Source: Promethearchaeum syntrophicum (GTDB taxonomy: Archaea > Asgardarchaeota > Lokiarchaeia > Sigyniarchaeales > Promethearchaeaceae). Taken from it: a DNA stretch of 32,000 nucleotides. Shown in pieces: positions 8,749-17,893 of this stretch. The notes beneath the pieces were generated by a model. It worked only from the letters and a program-made list of their open reading frames with translations. It was not told the DNA's origin and did not search any database. The DNA is taken from assembly GCF_008000775.2 (NCBI RefSeq), contig NZ_CP042905.2, positions 3,480,001-3,512,000 of the forward strand. Reading direction: 5' to 3'. How positions within the stretch are numbered: the stretch's first letter is position 1; every line of letters begins with the position of its first letter. A program made the translations under genes and the position numbers.

Positions 8749-10332
8749 TTATATTTTACTTAAGGGTTGGAAAAATTTCGCAATTGACGGAGGAACTCTC
8801 TCAAAGCGAAAAATATCAGATTTATGGCTTAATATCCAAGAGCCTTCTACTTGTGAACGATACACGTTAATAATTATCTTATATTTATCCTTCTTCTTAA
8901 TCGTATTAAGCAAAAATAGTACACCGATTCCAAGGATAATAATTCCAATTATAAGCTGAAATGAAAAACCAATAAAGATCCCAAGAAGCATGGGAATGAA
9001 TGACAAAGAAATAAATAAATTTGTTTGATATTTCTTCTTTTTTAAACTGCTAATATCTTTTGGTTCAATTTTGCTGTAGTCATGATGTCTTCCTTCATTG
9101 GCTGTCATTTTATTATATCGGATTCGATTTTGAACATCTTTATATTGACTAATATTAAACGGATTAAGGATTATCCAGAATATATTAACTATAATATCCC
9201 AAACGCTTTTCTTTGTTTTAGCTCTGATAAAAACCGCTTTTCTTGATACCACCATGGATACATATGGTCTTGTTTTAATTAAGGAGTACAGAATCATGAC
9301 AATGAATTCAAATATAAATACTAATGTAAGCAAAAATAATGCCTCTGCAAGGGGTCCTGAAACCGGAGTAGCACCTTGTATATAATTAACAACCCCAGGA
9401 ATAAATTCATCAAGAAAAAGAAAATATTTTAAAAACGGAATACCCGCTCCAGAGATAATTTCAAAAGTTAATAATAAATACATAGTGGTGCCCATAAAAA
9501 TAAAAGAAATCAAAACAGCTTTAATAAATTTTTCAAAACTCCGATAACATACAAGTACATAAGGTACAATTGGGAAGAATAAAGCTTGAGATGCTGCATC
9601 AAATTTCCCAGTCCCTCTATCTAATCGAAAATATTGAATTATTGCATAAATACCAAAATAAACAATTAACATAAGAAAGTTTCTAATAGAACTCCAAACC
9701 GAAGATTTATATGAAATTCTTAATGGAGTCCAGTGACTGAGAATTATTTCATCATCTGAGTCAATATTAAGGGTTTGAGTTTCAACATTTAACCAACTTG
9801 TATTATATTCGGCAGCTGCTTGGAAATTTTTGTAAATTTTCGTTTTTGAAGGAGCAATATCTAACGATTTTTTTAGAGTAGGTCCTGGAATCCCATAAGC
9901 TGGAATATAAGCTTGATCATATCGCGTATTTGGTAAATAAGAAGGTTGAGCTTCATGGATCTTTCCATTAGATTCTCTTTGTTCCCCTTTCTCGTAAACG
10001 TATTCATACGGTTTCTTTTTTGAACTTTTTCCAATAGGCCATAAACATAAACAGATGATAAATGCAGGTAAAAAAATTCCCGGTTGTTGAGATGATATAA
10101 AAACTAAAAGAGCATATGCTAAAATTAGAACTACAAGAATAATAACAATTGTTTTTCTAATAGATTTTCTTTTGTACGATTGAGTTTTTTGTAGATTTTC
10201 TTGAAATGAAGGATGGTGTACTTTTTGCTCAATGTTTTGAGGACTTACACCTTGAATTTGTTCATCATAAGTGTTCTTCCAATCAATTTCAGAATTTTTT
10301 TCTTCTTCCATAGAAATAAAAAGAATTTTCAT
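8749..10332 (-). CDS. Polytopic membrane protein, hypothetical (about 9-10 TM segments, roughly 60-aa cytosolic N-tail, roughly 115-aa loop after TM2)
   Basis: Multiple 20-aa hydrophobic stretches are present (IVIILVVLILAYALLVFISS, FLMLIVYFGIYAIIQYF, LAEALFLLTLVFIFEFIVMILYSLI, QLIIGIIILGIGVLFLL and others). I recognise no catalytic motif. Confidence 0.6.
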   Translation of the reverse strand: MKILFISMEEEKNSEIDWKNTYDEQIQGVSPQNIEQKVHHPSFQENLQKTQSYKRKSIRKTIVIILVVLILAYALLVFISSQQPGIFLPAFIICLCLWPIGKSSKKKPYEYVYEKGEQRESNGKIHEAQPSYLPNTRYDQAYIPAYGIPGPTLKKSLDIAPSKTKIYKNFQAAAEYNTSWLNVETQTLNIDSDDEIILSHWTPLRISYKSSVWSSIRNFLMLIVYFGIYAIIQYFRLDRGTGKFDAASQALFFPIVPYVLVCYRSFEKFIKAVLISFIFMGTTMYLLLTFEIISGAGIPFLKYFLFLDEFIPGVVNYIQGATPVSGPLAEALFLLTLVFIFEFIVMILYSLIKTRPYVSMVVSRKAVFIRAKTKKSVWDIIVNIFWIILNPFNISQYKDVQNRIRYNKMTANEGRHHDYSKIEPKDISSLKKKKYQTNLFISLSFIPMLLGIFIGFSFQLIIGIIILGIGVLFLLNTIKKKDKYKIIINVYRSQVEGSWILSHKSDIFRFERVPPSIAKFFQPLSKI

Positions 10333-10497
10333 GTTTTTTAATTTATATGATCTATAATTCTTCTTTTAATGAAATTATGAAATTTTTTTTCTTAGAGAAA
10401 TTCTCGGACACCTTTGTTCCCTAACGATTTAAATGTAAAATTTTTCTTCCTTAATTCAGAACAGAAAAATGTTCTACTTACAACTTTGGTGAAATTC

Positions 10498-12117
10498 ATG
10501 AAAAAAAGAAACATTACTATTTTTAGCTTACTCCTAATATTCAGTCTTTTAGTATCAATGGGGGCAGCTATCGCACTTGATGCCTCCATATCAAAAGAAA
10601 CCGGTCATCGGTTTATTGAAGAAAGTTGGGGGATTAATTATGACGTCCTAAGTGGAAAACTTGTAGAAGATTACACTCCAGGAGATTATGCAGATGAATT
10701 AAATGACACAGGAGATGATCCCACTCCTTTTGTAGATGCAAATTATTACATAGCATATATCAATTTAGGGCAGGTTCAAACCTTATTTATGGCTTTAGAA
10801 AGCCAAATAGTGTATGGTCTTAACGGTCTAAACTATACAGGATGTGCTCCCTATCAAATCATGCAACAACATTTTAGAACTCCTTCTGGTGACCATGTCT
10901 TGGTGCAAAATTCATTTGCTGGTTTAGTTGCCTACCAAGAAAACGATGTTGTTAATGGAGTACCAGATAGAAACGACTCCCTTTATTACGGAGATAGTCT
11001 ACATAGTCAATATCATAAATGGTTATTTAACAATCGTCTTAAGTTGTCTTTAGGAGGAGAGCGACCAATAGATGAAAGCATTTCAATCACAGCAACCCCT
11101 GTACTTCCTGAAAGAACAGAAGTTGGGGATGAAATTAGCTATAAATTCGGAATGAACTATGAAAATCTTTTCATTGTGTGGCACAATATGAATGAAGATG
11201 TAGATTTTGGAAATATTACTGATGAAATTGATCTAATTGGAAAAGCAGTTGCTTTTACTTCGCTTGCTTATCTAAACTTTAGTTATACAATTACTGGAAC
11301 ACTTGTTGAAGATAGACCAATTAATATTACAACCACAACTGAATATGACATAGGACCTATTACAGACCTTTGGATAATTAACGATGATGAAACTTATACA
11401 AATTCTATTAATGGAACATTCTACAATATTGGGCTAAATCTTGATATTTCAAGATATGATAATGCGACTACGATTGAAGATCGTTTAGATGGGGATGAAA
11501 CACATCTCGGATTTGGATTAGCTGTATCCAATTATGCCCGTATTTCAGTTATCGCGGCTACTGTTGAAGAACAAGAAGGTTCCACAGTTGTTGATGACGC
11601 CAATAGAACTGTTGATGGAGCGACTGCTGATTATAATGTGACAAGACTAAATTTAAGAACTCGTAATAAACCCTCTTTCGAAATTGATTTTGAAAGTAAA
11701 CCTGATTATATCTTAGGCGGAGGAGGAGATCCAATATTAGCCCCTGTTAAATTGTATCCGAGTGTGAGATTGAGAGCTAATGCCATAAATCGTATTGATG
11801 GTTTGGCAGTAAATTTCCTAAATACAATTAATAAAAGAATGATTCAATCACGCATCGACTATGCAAATGAAAGATTCGATCTTGAAGGAAAAAGAATAGA
11901 GATTGATGTGGCGCGAAGAAATATATTATATGCAATTTGTTTCCCTGAATGGAGCGGTAAAAGTATATACCAAGATCCTACGTTCACTGCTTTTGTTGAT
12001 CCTTCTAATCTTTTAGGATTTCTCTCAAAAATTGATGGTTATACACCATTTTTAATTGGAATAATTGGTGTAATATCTATATCTCTACTAGTTAGAAAAT
12101 ATAAAAAAAATAAATGA
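10498..12117 (+). CDS. Secreted/surface glycoprotein candidate with N-terminal signal peptide and C-terminal TM anchor
   Basis: The ATG at 10498 is preceded by GGTGA 5 nt upstream. The track start at 10414 is TTG. The signal-like N-terminus is MKKRNITIFSLLLIFSLLVSMGAAIALDA. The mature part has 10 N-x-S/T sequons. The C-terminus is TPFLIGIIGVISISLLVRKYKKNK, a TM segment plus a basic tail. Confidence 0.6.
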   Translation: MKKRNITIFSLLLIFSLLVSMGAAIALDASISKETGHRFIEESWGINYDVLSGKLVEDYTPGDYADELNDTGDDPTPFVDANYYIAYINLGQVQTLFMALESQIVYGLNGLNYTGCAPYQIMQQHFRTPSGDHVLVQNSFAGLVAYQENDVVNGVPDRNDSLYYGDSLHSQYHKWLFNNRLKLSLGGERPIDESISITATPVLPERTEVGDEISYKFGMNYENLFIVWHNMNEDVDFGNITDEIDLIGKAVAFTSLAYLNFSYTITGTLVEDRPINITTTTEYDIGPITDLWIINDDETYTNSINGTFYNIGLNLDISRYDNATTIEDRLDGDETHLGFGLAVSNYARISVIAATVEEQEGSTVVDDANRTVDGATADYNVTRLNLRTRNKPSFEIDFESKPDYILGGGGDPILAPVKLYPSVRLRANAINRIDGLAVNFLNTINKRMIQSRIDYANERFDLEGKRIEIDVARRNILYAICFPEWSGKSIYQDPTFTAFVDPSNLLGFLSKIDGYTPFLIGIIGVISISLLVRKYKKNK

Positions 12118-12275
12118 AGATTCAGGATTTTGACACTCTATAAATGAGATTTAATTTAGAGGTCTTTTTTTCTTCTTATTTTATTGATTTCTTATCTTAC
12201 TAGGTAATCTTGTAAGAGACATCTATTAATCATCATATGAAAAATTTTTTACTTCATTACTTCAAAAATATTATT

Positions 12276-12839
12276 ATGAAGATTTACTTGCTTAGACATG
12301 CTTCAACTCAATATAATTCTAAAAAATCTCCTTCTGAATGGCACCTTTCACCAGAGGGTAAACAACAAGCAGAGAATATTGTCAAGCAAAATTTAATACC
12401 TCAAGTAGATAAAATTATTTGCTCGTCCGAGTTAAAAACGCATTCAACTATCAAACCCTACTCAGATTTTTACCACCTCCCTATTAATAAAGATTTGAGA
12501 TTTAATGAAGTTGGGAGCACTCATCTTCCTATCGATATTAAACTTTTTCAACAATTCCGAAGACAGTGTTTTAATGATTTTGATATGCATCTACCTTTCA
12601 ATGATAATGAAAGTTTTAGGGATGCATATAATCGCTTCCAATCAGGAATTGCTGATTACATAAAATCTGCACATAATTCTATTTTAATTGTTTCGCACGG
12701 ATGTATATTATCGATTTTTTTTGCTATGTTAAATAAAATTTCGGACAATGGAGAATTAATCTATAAAAATTGGCAAAATCTCCAGTTTTGCTCCTTAGGA
12801 GTAATAGAAAACGGAAAAATAATCAGAAATTTATCATAA
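12276..12839 (+). CDS. Histidine phosphatase superfamily (phosphoglycerate mutase-like) protein
   Basis: MKIYLLRHASTQYN is an RHG-type catalytic motif with G replaced by A. A second His motif, VSHGCIL, is also present. The track start at 12237 adds 13 uncharacteristic residues. Confidence 0.65.
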   Translation: MKIYLLRHASTQYNSKKSPSEWHLSPEGKQQAENIVKQNLIPQVDKIICSSELKTHSTIKPYSDFYHLPINKDLRFNEVGSTHLPIDIKLFQQFRRQCFNDFDMHLPFNDNESFRDAYNRFQSGIADYIKSAHNSILIVSHGCILSIFFAMLNKISDNGELIYKNWQNLQFCSLGVIENGKIIRNLS

Positions 12840-12875
12840 TCAAATAATATATTTTATTAGCTCTCGGTATGTTTT

Positions 12876-13790
12876 TTAGAAATCTTCACTATTATTGAGA
12901 TCCTTAACGACTTCTTTAGATAGCATTGTCCCAAACGCAATATACTGACGCATGAATTTAATTTTATCAATTCCATCATATTCTTTTCCAATATCAATAT
13001 CATAATATTTGAACGATATTAACGGGTTAGCTTTAGCTATAATCCGCATTCTGGACACCTGGTCAATAGTGGATTGTATTCTGGCTAATCCACCCTCAGA
13101 AGGACTCATATATTGGAGAATTTGATGAAAATCATCTAAAGTCTTGGCTTTCTTATACGGTATTGAGAGATCTACTTTCCCGGTTCCCATTAGCAGAAAA
13201 TGCACCGGTTCTTTATCCCAACCAAGTCTAATCATTTCAGTATATGCCATGTCTAATGGAGTATTATTTAATCCTACCCCTCCATCTACCCAAACAGCTT
13301 TATGAGCTTTATCATTAATTTGACCGAAATAATGTGGGGCAGCAAAAGATTTCGCAATAGAATCTCGAAGGTTTAATCTTCCATCTTTTTCCTCCCAAGA
13401 TTTAAAAAAATGGGTGCGATTATCACATAAATTAACAGATGCAACCATGTATTTTGTTTTACATTCGCTCATTCGTATTTTTTTTGTTCCAAATAAATTT
13501 TCCCACATAGTATAATAATTCTCTCTAATGTATTTTGGTCCAAGAATACCTCTCCACCAATATGTTTTAAAAATTAAGGGGAGGTATTTAATAAATAATT
13601 CAGCATAATCTCTAGCAGAGAATTTACCTAGTGATAATATTCCACCCGTAATAGCTCCAACACTTGTGCCGACAACTAGATCGAAAATTTCAAAAATTTG
13701 TTTTTTGTAATATTTTTCAATCACTCTCAGACTATCTAGCTGGATAGTCCCTCTTACACCCCCGCCCTTAAGAACAAGAATTCTTTTCAC
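12876..13790 (-). CDS. Patatin-like phospholipase
   Basis: It has the GGGVRG oxyanion motif, the GTSVG (GxSxG) nucleophile elbow and the DGG catalytic Asp motif (VWVDGGVGLNNT). Confidence 0.8.
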   Translation of the reverse strand: MKRILVLKGGGVRGTIQLDSLRVIEKYYKKQIFEIFDLVVGTSVGAITGGILSLGKFSARDYAELFIKYLPLIFKTYWWRGILGPKYIRENYYTMWENLFGTKKIRMSECKTKYMVASVNLCDNRTHFFKSWEEKDGRLNLRDSIAKSFAAPHYFGQINDKAHKAVWVDGGVGLNNTPLDMAYTEMIRLGWDKEPVHFLLMGTGKVDLSIPYKKAKTLDDFHQILQYMSPSEGGLARIQSTIDQVSRMRIIAKANPLISFKYYDIDIGKEYDGIDKIKFMRQYIAFGTMLSKEVVKDLNNSEDF

Positions 13791-14218
13791 AATATCTCAC
13801 AGATTTATTTTCTTTTTTTAAGATAATTTAATTTTTATGTTTTAATTAACATCCCACAAGATTATAATAAGATTTTCCTATTTTTATTTCTAATGGTGAA
13901 TTTTTCGAGATTTTGGTGATGACAGGAACATCCTTTTATAACCGAGCATTACCAAATATGGAGTAAAATTCCTTAATATTTCCTAGTATTTTCAAATTAC
14001 CTTGAATATTATATTGCAATTTCACTTATTTATTATTTACTTTCCATTAACATATCAAACTAGTAAATTTTGAATATATCAATTGTAAATAACCTAATTT
14101 TCTCAGTTTTATTCAACCTTAAAATATGGTTTAATAAATCTCAATTATAAGAGACCAATGGTATGTAAGGATTGAAATAAATAAATAAAATTAATTAATA
14201 TAATAATTAGGAGTAACA

Positions 14219-14515
14219 ATGCCTTCTTCTACAAAAAAATATCGTTCAGCCCTGATTATCATCCAGTCCATTTTGGAACAGCTTATTAAAGCAGGGATGG
14301 AGGAAGGTATTGTTAAATCGACGATCTATAAATCAGTGGGATTGAAAACGATGATCGGAGATAAATATTTAGAACAATTGATTACTGCAGGATATGTGTC
14401 GGTTAAAGAGGAAAAATGGGGAAAAGAACGAACCCGCCAAAAAATATATATAAATAAAAGGGGTTTGCACCGCTTCCAATGGTTTATGAAATTATCATCT
14501 GAATTGGACATATAA
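14219..14515 (+). CDS. Small winged-helix DNA-binding protein (archaeal HTH_45-like)
   Basis: It is 98 aa, with IIQSILEQL...KSTIYKSVGLKTMIGDKYLEQLITAGYVSVKEE...IYINKRGLHRF, a helix-turn-helix plus wing pattern. An AGGAG motif precedes the ATG. Confidence 0.55.
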   Translation: MPSSTKKYRSALIIIQSILEQLIKAGMEEGIVKSTIYKSVGLKTMIGDKYLEQLITAGYVSVKEEKWGKERTRQKIYINKRGLHRFQWFMKLSSELDI

Positions 14516-14546
14516 AATAAAATAAAATTGAATAAATGAATAAAAA

Positions 14547-15362
14547 ATGAATGAAAAAAATAACGGAAATATTCCACCAAGTAATTACTTTGATGATAGT
14601 GCTGATTCATCTATCAATAAAAGAGTATTTCCAACTGCAAACGGAGCATATATGATTCCAGATACAGATTATTCACAGATATTAAATTCTTATCAGCACA
14701 TTGCAAAGAAAGAAAGATCAATCCAAATAATAGGAGGCATTTTTGCATTTTTATCATTCCTCATTGAGCTTGTTGTATTTCTCACAGTTAAACCTCTATT
14801 AAACAATAACATTCCATTAGGCGTAATAGCCCAATTTATTTGGATTTTCATTGTACTTCTGATAATAAATGCATTTACTATCGTTCAATTAATTATAATC
14901 TTTAGATGGAATAACAATGTAGGAAAAGTAAAGAATCAACATCAAACGTTAGCATCTACTAATTATAAAATGATTAATCATATATCGTTTATAATTTTCA
15001 CAATTATTTCTATTTTAATTAGTATTTTAGCATTCTTTTGGTTTTATAGCCGATATACTGTTCCACTTAGACCCGATCGATTAATTCTATTCTTTAGAAT
15101 CTATTCTTTCCTACGTAGATTAGCCATGATATTAATTTTAGGTTACGGTGTTTTTGAAATGTGGCAATTAATAAAATGGGTAAGACGAAGAAGGGCCATT
15201 ACCCGAATTGAGCAAAAAATGTTAGATGATTTGCCAAAATTAAAAGAATTGGTTGATTTAACCAAAACATTTGTTGTTAGTAGTCCATTTAATGGAAAAA
15301 AAGTAGAAAAAGATGATGATGATGATAATAATGATGAAAATCAGACGTTTATTCAGACATAA
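14547..15362 (+). CDS. Hypothetical membrane protein (about 4-5 TM) with poly-Asp C-terminal tail
   Basis: It has hydrophobic segments such as IIGGIFAFLSFLIELVVFLTV, VIAQFIWIFIVLLIINAFTIVQLIIIF and ISFIIFTIISILISILAFFWF. The C-terminus reads KDDDDDNNDENQ. It lies 31 bp after the wHTH gene. Confidence 0.5.
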   Translation: MNEKNNGNIPPSNYFDDSADSSINKRVFPTANGAYMIPDTDYSQILNSYQHIAKKERSIQIIGGIFAFLSFLIELVVFLTVKPLLNNNIPLGVIAQFIWIFIVLLIINAFTIVQLIIIFRWNNNVGKVKNQHQTLASTNYKMINHISFIIFTIISILISILAFFWFYSRYTVPLRPDRLILFFRIYSFLRRLAMILILGYGVFEMWQLIKWVRRRRAITRIEQKMLDDLPKLKELVDLTKTFVVSSPFNGKKVEKDDDDDNNDENQTFIQT

Positions 15363-15368
15363 AAAAAA

Positions 15369-16676
15369 TTAACAATCTAAATATGCGTTAAATTCCCAAT
15401 CTGATTCAAATCCATTTTTTTGAGCAATTTCTAACTCTGTTAGTTCCTTTTTCTTCTTCTCTAAAAAGATCCCTATAAAATCCTCTCCGAAAATATCATT
15501 CATCAATGGATCAGTTTCAAAATAAATCAAAGCTCGTTTTAAGCTCCATGGTAACTGTTCGATTCCCAACTCTTTTCTTTCTGATTCAGTTAATAGATCA
15601 ACATTATCTTTTGTTGGTTTGTTAGGTTCAATCTTATTTTTAATCCCATCTAATCCAGCAGCCAATAAAGCAGCAAATCCTAGATATATATTCATGGATC
15701 CATCACCTGCTCGATATTCAATTCTTGCACTTTTTTCATACCCTGGAACGCGAATTAATGCAGTTCTATTCCCAACACCCCAAGCTATATGAACAGGAGC
15801 TTCATGATTAGGGACCAGTCGTTTATATGAATTTGTAGCAGGATTTAAAATAGCTGATATTGCTGGGGCGTGTTTTTCGAGACCACCTACATACCAGCGA
15901 AGGATATCGCTAAGGCCTTTTTCTTTATCTGAAAAGACATTATTTCCTTCCAAATCTGTTAAATATTGATGAATGTGAAGCCCAGAACCGGCTTTTTCTC
16001 TAAAAGGTTTTGGCATAAATGTGCAAATAATATCTTGATCTATTGCATTCATTTTGAATAATTGTTTAGCGGTTTGAACATTATCTGCTGAATAAATTGC
16101 ATCATCCGCAGTAAATTCAACTTCATGTTGAGCAGGTCCAACTTCATGATGTATTGTTTTTATCCCAATATTCATTTCTATTAAATCATCCGTGATTAGT
16201 CGACGCAGTTCGTGTAAACTATCTTTTGGAGGAGTACACATATAATCTCCATCATCCGCAGGTTCGAGCTCATCCGATAAGAAATAAACCTCAAGTTCTG
16301 GTCGTGTTTTAAATAAAAAGCCCATATCCTTTGCTTTCGATATGATTTTCTTTAAAATCCCCCGTGGACATGTTGGAAAAGCATTTCCTTCGTTATCTGT
16401 TAAATCACAAATAAACCTACCGACCCTTGTATCCCAAGGTAGGATTGCAAAAGTTTTATAATCGGGAATGGCTTGCATATCACTTTGACTAGTTTTCAGA
16501 AACCCCAATGATGAGCCATCAACACCCGTTCCTTCTTTCATCTCATCCCAAATTTTTACGGGAAATTCAACTTCTTTTAAAACTCCAAATATTGTAGTAA
16601 ATTGATATTGAATATATTCGACACCAATTTCTTCAAAATAATCAATGGTAAAATCTTCTAATTTTTCGGCAACCAT
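15369..16676 (-). CDS. glnA: Glutamine synthetase, type I
   Basis: GS motifs are present: GSGLHIHQ, NSYKRLVP, and the HEVGPAQHE region. The track start at 16706 is TTG. The ATG at 16676 (MVAEKLEDF) is preceded by AAGGTGA 5 nt upstream. Confidence 0.9.
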   Translation of the reverse strand: MVAEKLEDFTIDYFEEIGVEYIQYQFTTIFGVLKEVEFPVKIWDEMKEGTGVDGSSLGFLKTSQSDMQAIPDYKTFAILPWDTRVGRFICDLTDNEGNAFPTCPRGILKKIISKAKDMGFLFKTRPELEVYFLSDELEPADDGDYMCTPPKDSLHELRRLITDDLIEMNIGIKTIHHEVGPAQHEVEFTADDAIYSADNVQTAKQLFKMNAIDQDIICTFMPKPFREKAGSGLHIHQYLTDLEGNNVFSDKEKGLSDILRWYVGGLEKHAPAISAILNPATNSYKRLVPNHEAPVHIAWGVGNRTALIRVPGYEKSARIEYRAGDGSMNIYLGFAALLAAGLDGIKNKIEPNKPTKDNVDLLTESERKELGIEQLPWSLKRALIYFETDPLMNDIFGEDFIGIFLEKKKKELTELEIAQKNGFESDWEFNAYLDC

Positions 16677-16775
16677 AACATTCACCTTATTGTACGTACT
16701 TTTCAATAGCTTAGATTATATTTTATATTTTTGGAAAAGGTTTTTGGATTATTTTATTTCTAATGGATCAAGAGA

Positions 16776-17882
16776 ATGGAAAATAAAAATGAAATAATTT
16801 TGGGAGAAAAAACTTTGAAAGAAATTTGGGAAATTCCTAAAAGTATCGAAAAATCTATTTCAAAGGTAAAAAATCGCGAGAAAATAAAGGAGATTGCAAA
16901 AAAGATCGTTGATTCAAATTGTGTTAGCATGTATATCCTTGCATCGGGAACAAGTTATCATGCTGGACTTGTATCCACTTATTGGTTTTCCCAATATGCA
17001 AAATACCCCGCTCATTGTGAGTTAGCTCCAGAATTTCCATATTTAGTTGAACCCATTATTGCAAAAAAGCATTGTGTAATATGTATTTCTCAAAGCGGAG
17101 AATCTGAGTTAACAGTTTTATCTGCTAAGAAAAGTTTAGAAGCAGGAGCATTTGTGATTTCAATTACAAATGATTCAGAAAGCACTTTAGCAAAAATCAC
17201 CGGTGAAAATACCATTCTAACAACGGCGGGTATAGAAGAAAGTGTTTTAGCTACAAAAACCTATGTTTGCCAATTAGCAGTATTAGCAGCATTAACATTG
17301 GATTTAGGATTTTATCGAAAAACTTTGGAAGAAAAATTATATTATGATCTTTGGGATGAATTAGAGACTCTTCCTAAATTAATTGAGACAATACTTCCAA
17401 AATATCGCGATGATATTCAAAAAATTGCCCCCTTTTTTAAATTTGGAACAAAGGCTTTTACAATTGGTGCAGGACCAGACTATCCAAATTGCATGGAAGC
17501 GGCCTTGAAGTTGAAGGAAGGTGCACAAATTTTCGCTCAAGCTTTTTCAACCGCAGAATATGTACATGGCCCCGTTACTCTAGCTTCACCGTATACATTT
17601 GTATTAACTATTATTCCTCGACCTGCTATAAAAATGCGCCATGATGATGTAATCAAACTGATTCATCGTCTTAAAAATCGAGGAGTTACGGTTTTAGGGA
17701 TTAAAAATGCAAATGATAATATAGAAGAATTGGATATTTCTATTGATATACCGGAATGCAATGATTCGTTTGCACCGATTTTGTCAATTATTCCTATTCA
17801 ATTATTAACAGTCGAAATTGCAACCATAAAAAATATCAATTGCGATACTCCCAAATTCTTATCTAAAATTTCCAAATTATAA
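16776..17882 (+). CDS. SIS-domain sugar-phosphate isomerase/deaminase: GlmS isomerase domains only, no glutaminase domain (GlmD-like)
   Basis: ILASGTSYHAGL, ISQSGESELT, VLATKTYVCQL and the C-terminal DTPKFLSKISKL parallel the GlmS C-terminal tandem SIS domains. The protein starts directly at the isomerase part. Confidence 0.7.
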   Translation: MENKNEIILGEKTLKEIWEIPKSIEKSISKVKNREKIKEIAKKIVDSNCVSMYILASGTSYHAGLVSTYWFSQYAKYPAHCELAPEFPYLVEPIIAKKHCVICISQSGESELTVLSAKKSLEAGAFVISITNDSESTLAKITGENTILTTAGIEESVLATKTYVCQLAVLAALTLDLGFYRKTLEEKLYYDLWDELETLPKLIETILPKYRDDIQKIAPFFKFGTKAFTIGAGPDYPNCMEAALKLKEGAQIFAQAFSTAEYVHGPVTLASPYTFVLTIIPRPAIKMRHDDVIKLIHRLKNRGVTVLGIKNANDNIEELDISIDIPECNDSFAPILSIIPIQLLTVEIATIKNINCDTPKFLSKISKL

Positions 17883-17893
17883 TTTGGTTAGTT

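Noticed and set aside
12230-12236. C-box-like ATGATGA (12230-12236, minus strand) and GTGATGA (13916-13922, plus strand), considered as possible C/D-box sRNAs.
   Set aside because: No CTGA D box lies within 50-80 nt downstream, and there are no C'/D' elements or terminal stem.
12876-13790. The patatin-like phospholipase considered as a CBASS-type or other defence effector.
   Set aside because: No cyclase, sensor or other defence gene is adjacent. It is a stand-alone gene flanked by a housekeeping phosphatase, and patatin enzymes have many non-defence roles.
13882-13896. An exact 15-mer, TTTTATTTCTAATGG, shared between 13882-13896 and 16752-16766, considered as a possible common regulatory motif.
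   Set aside because: In a roughly 70% AT sequence of 32 kb, several exact 15-mer matches are expected by chance. There is no flanking similarity.
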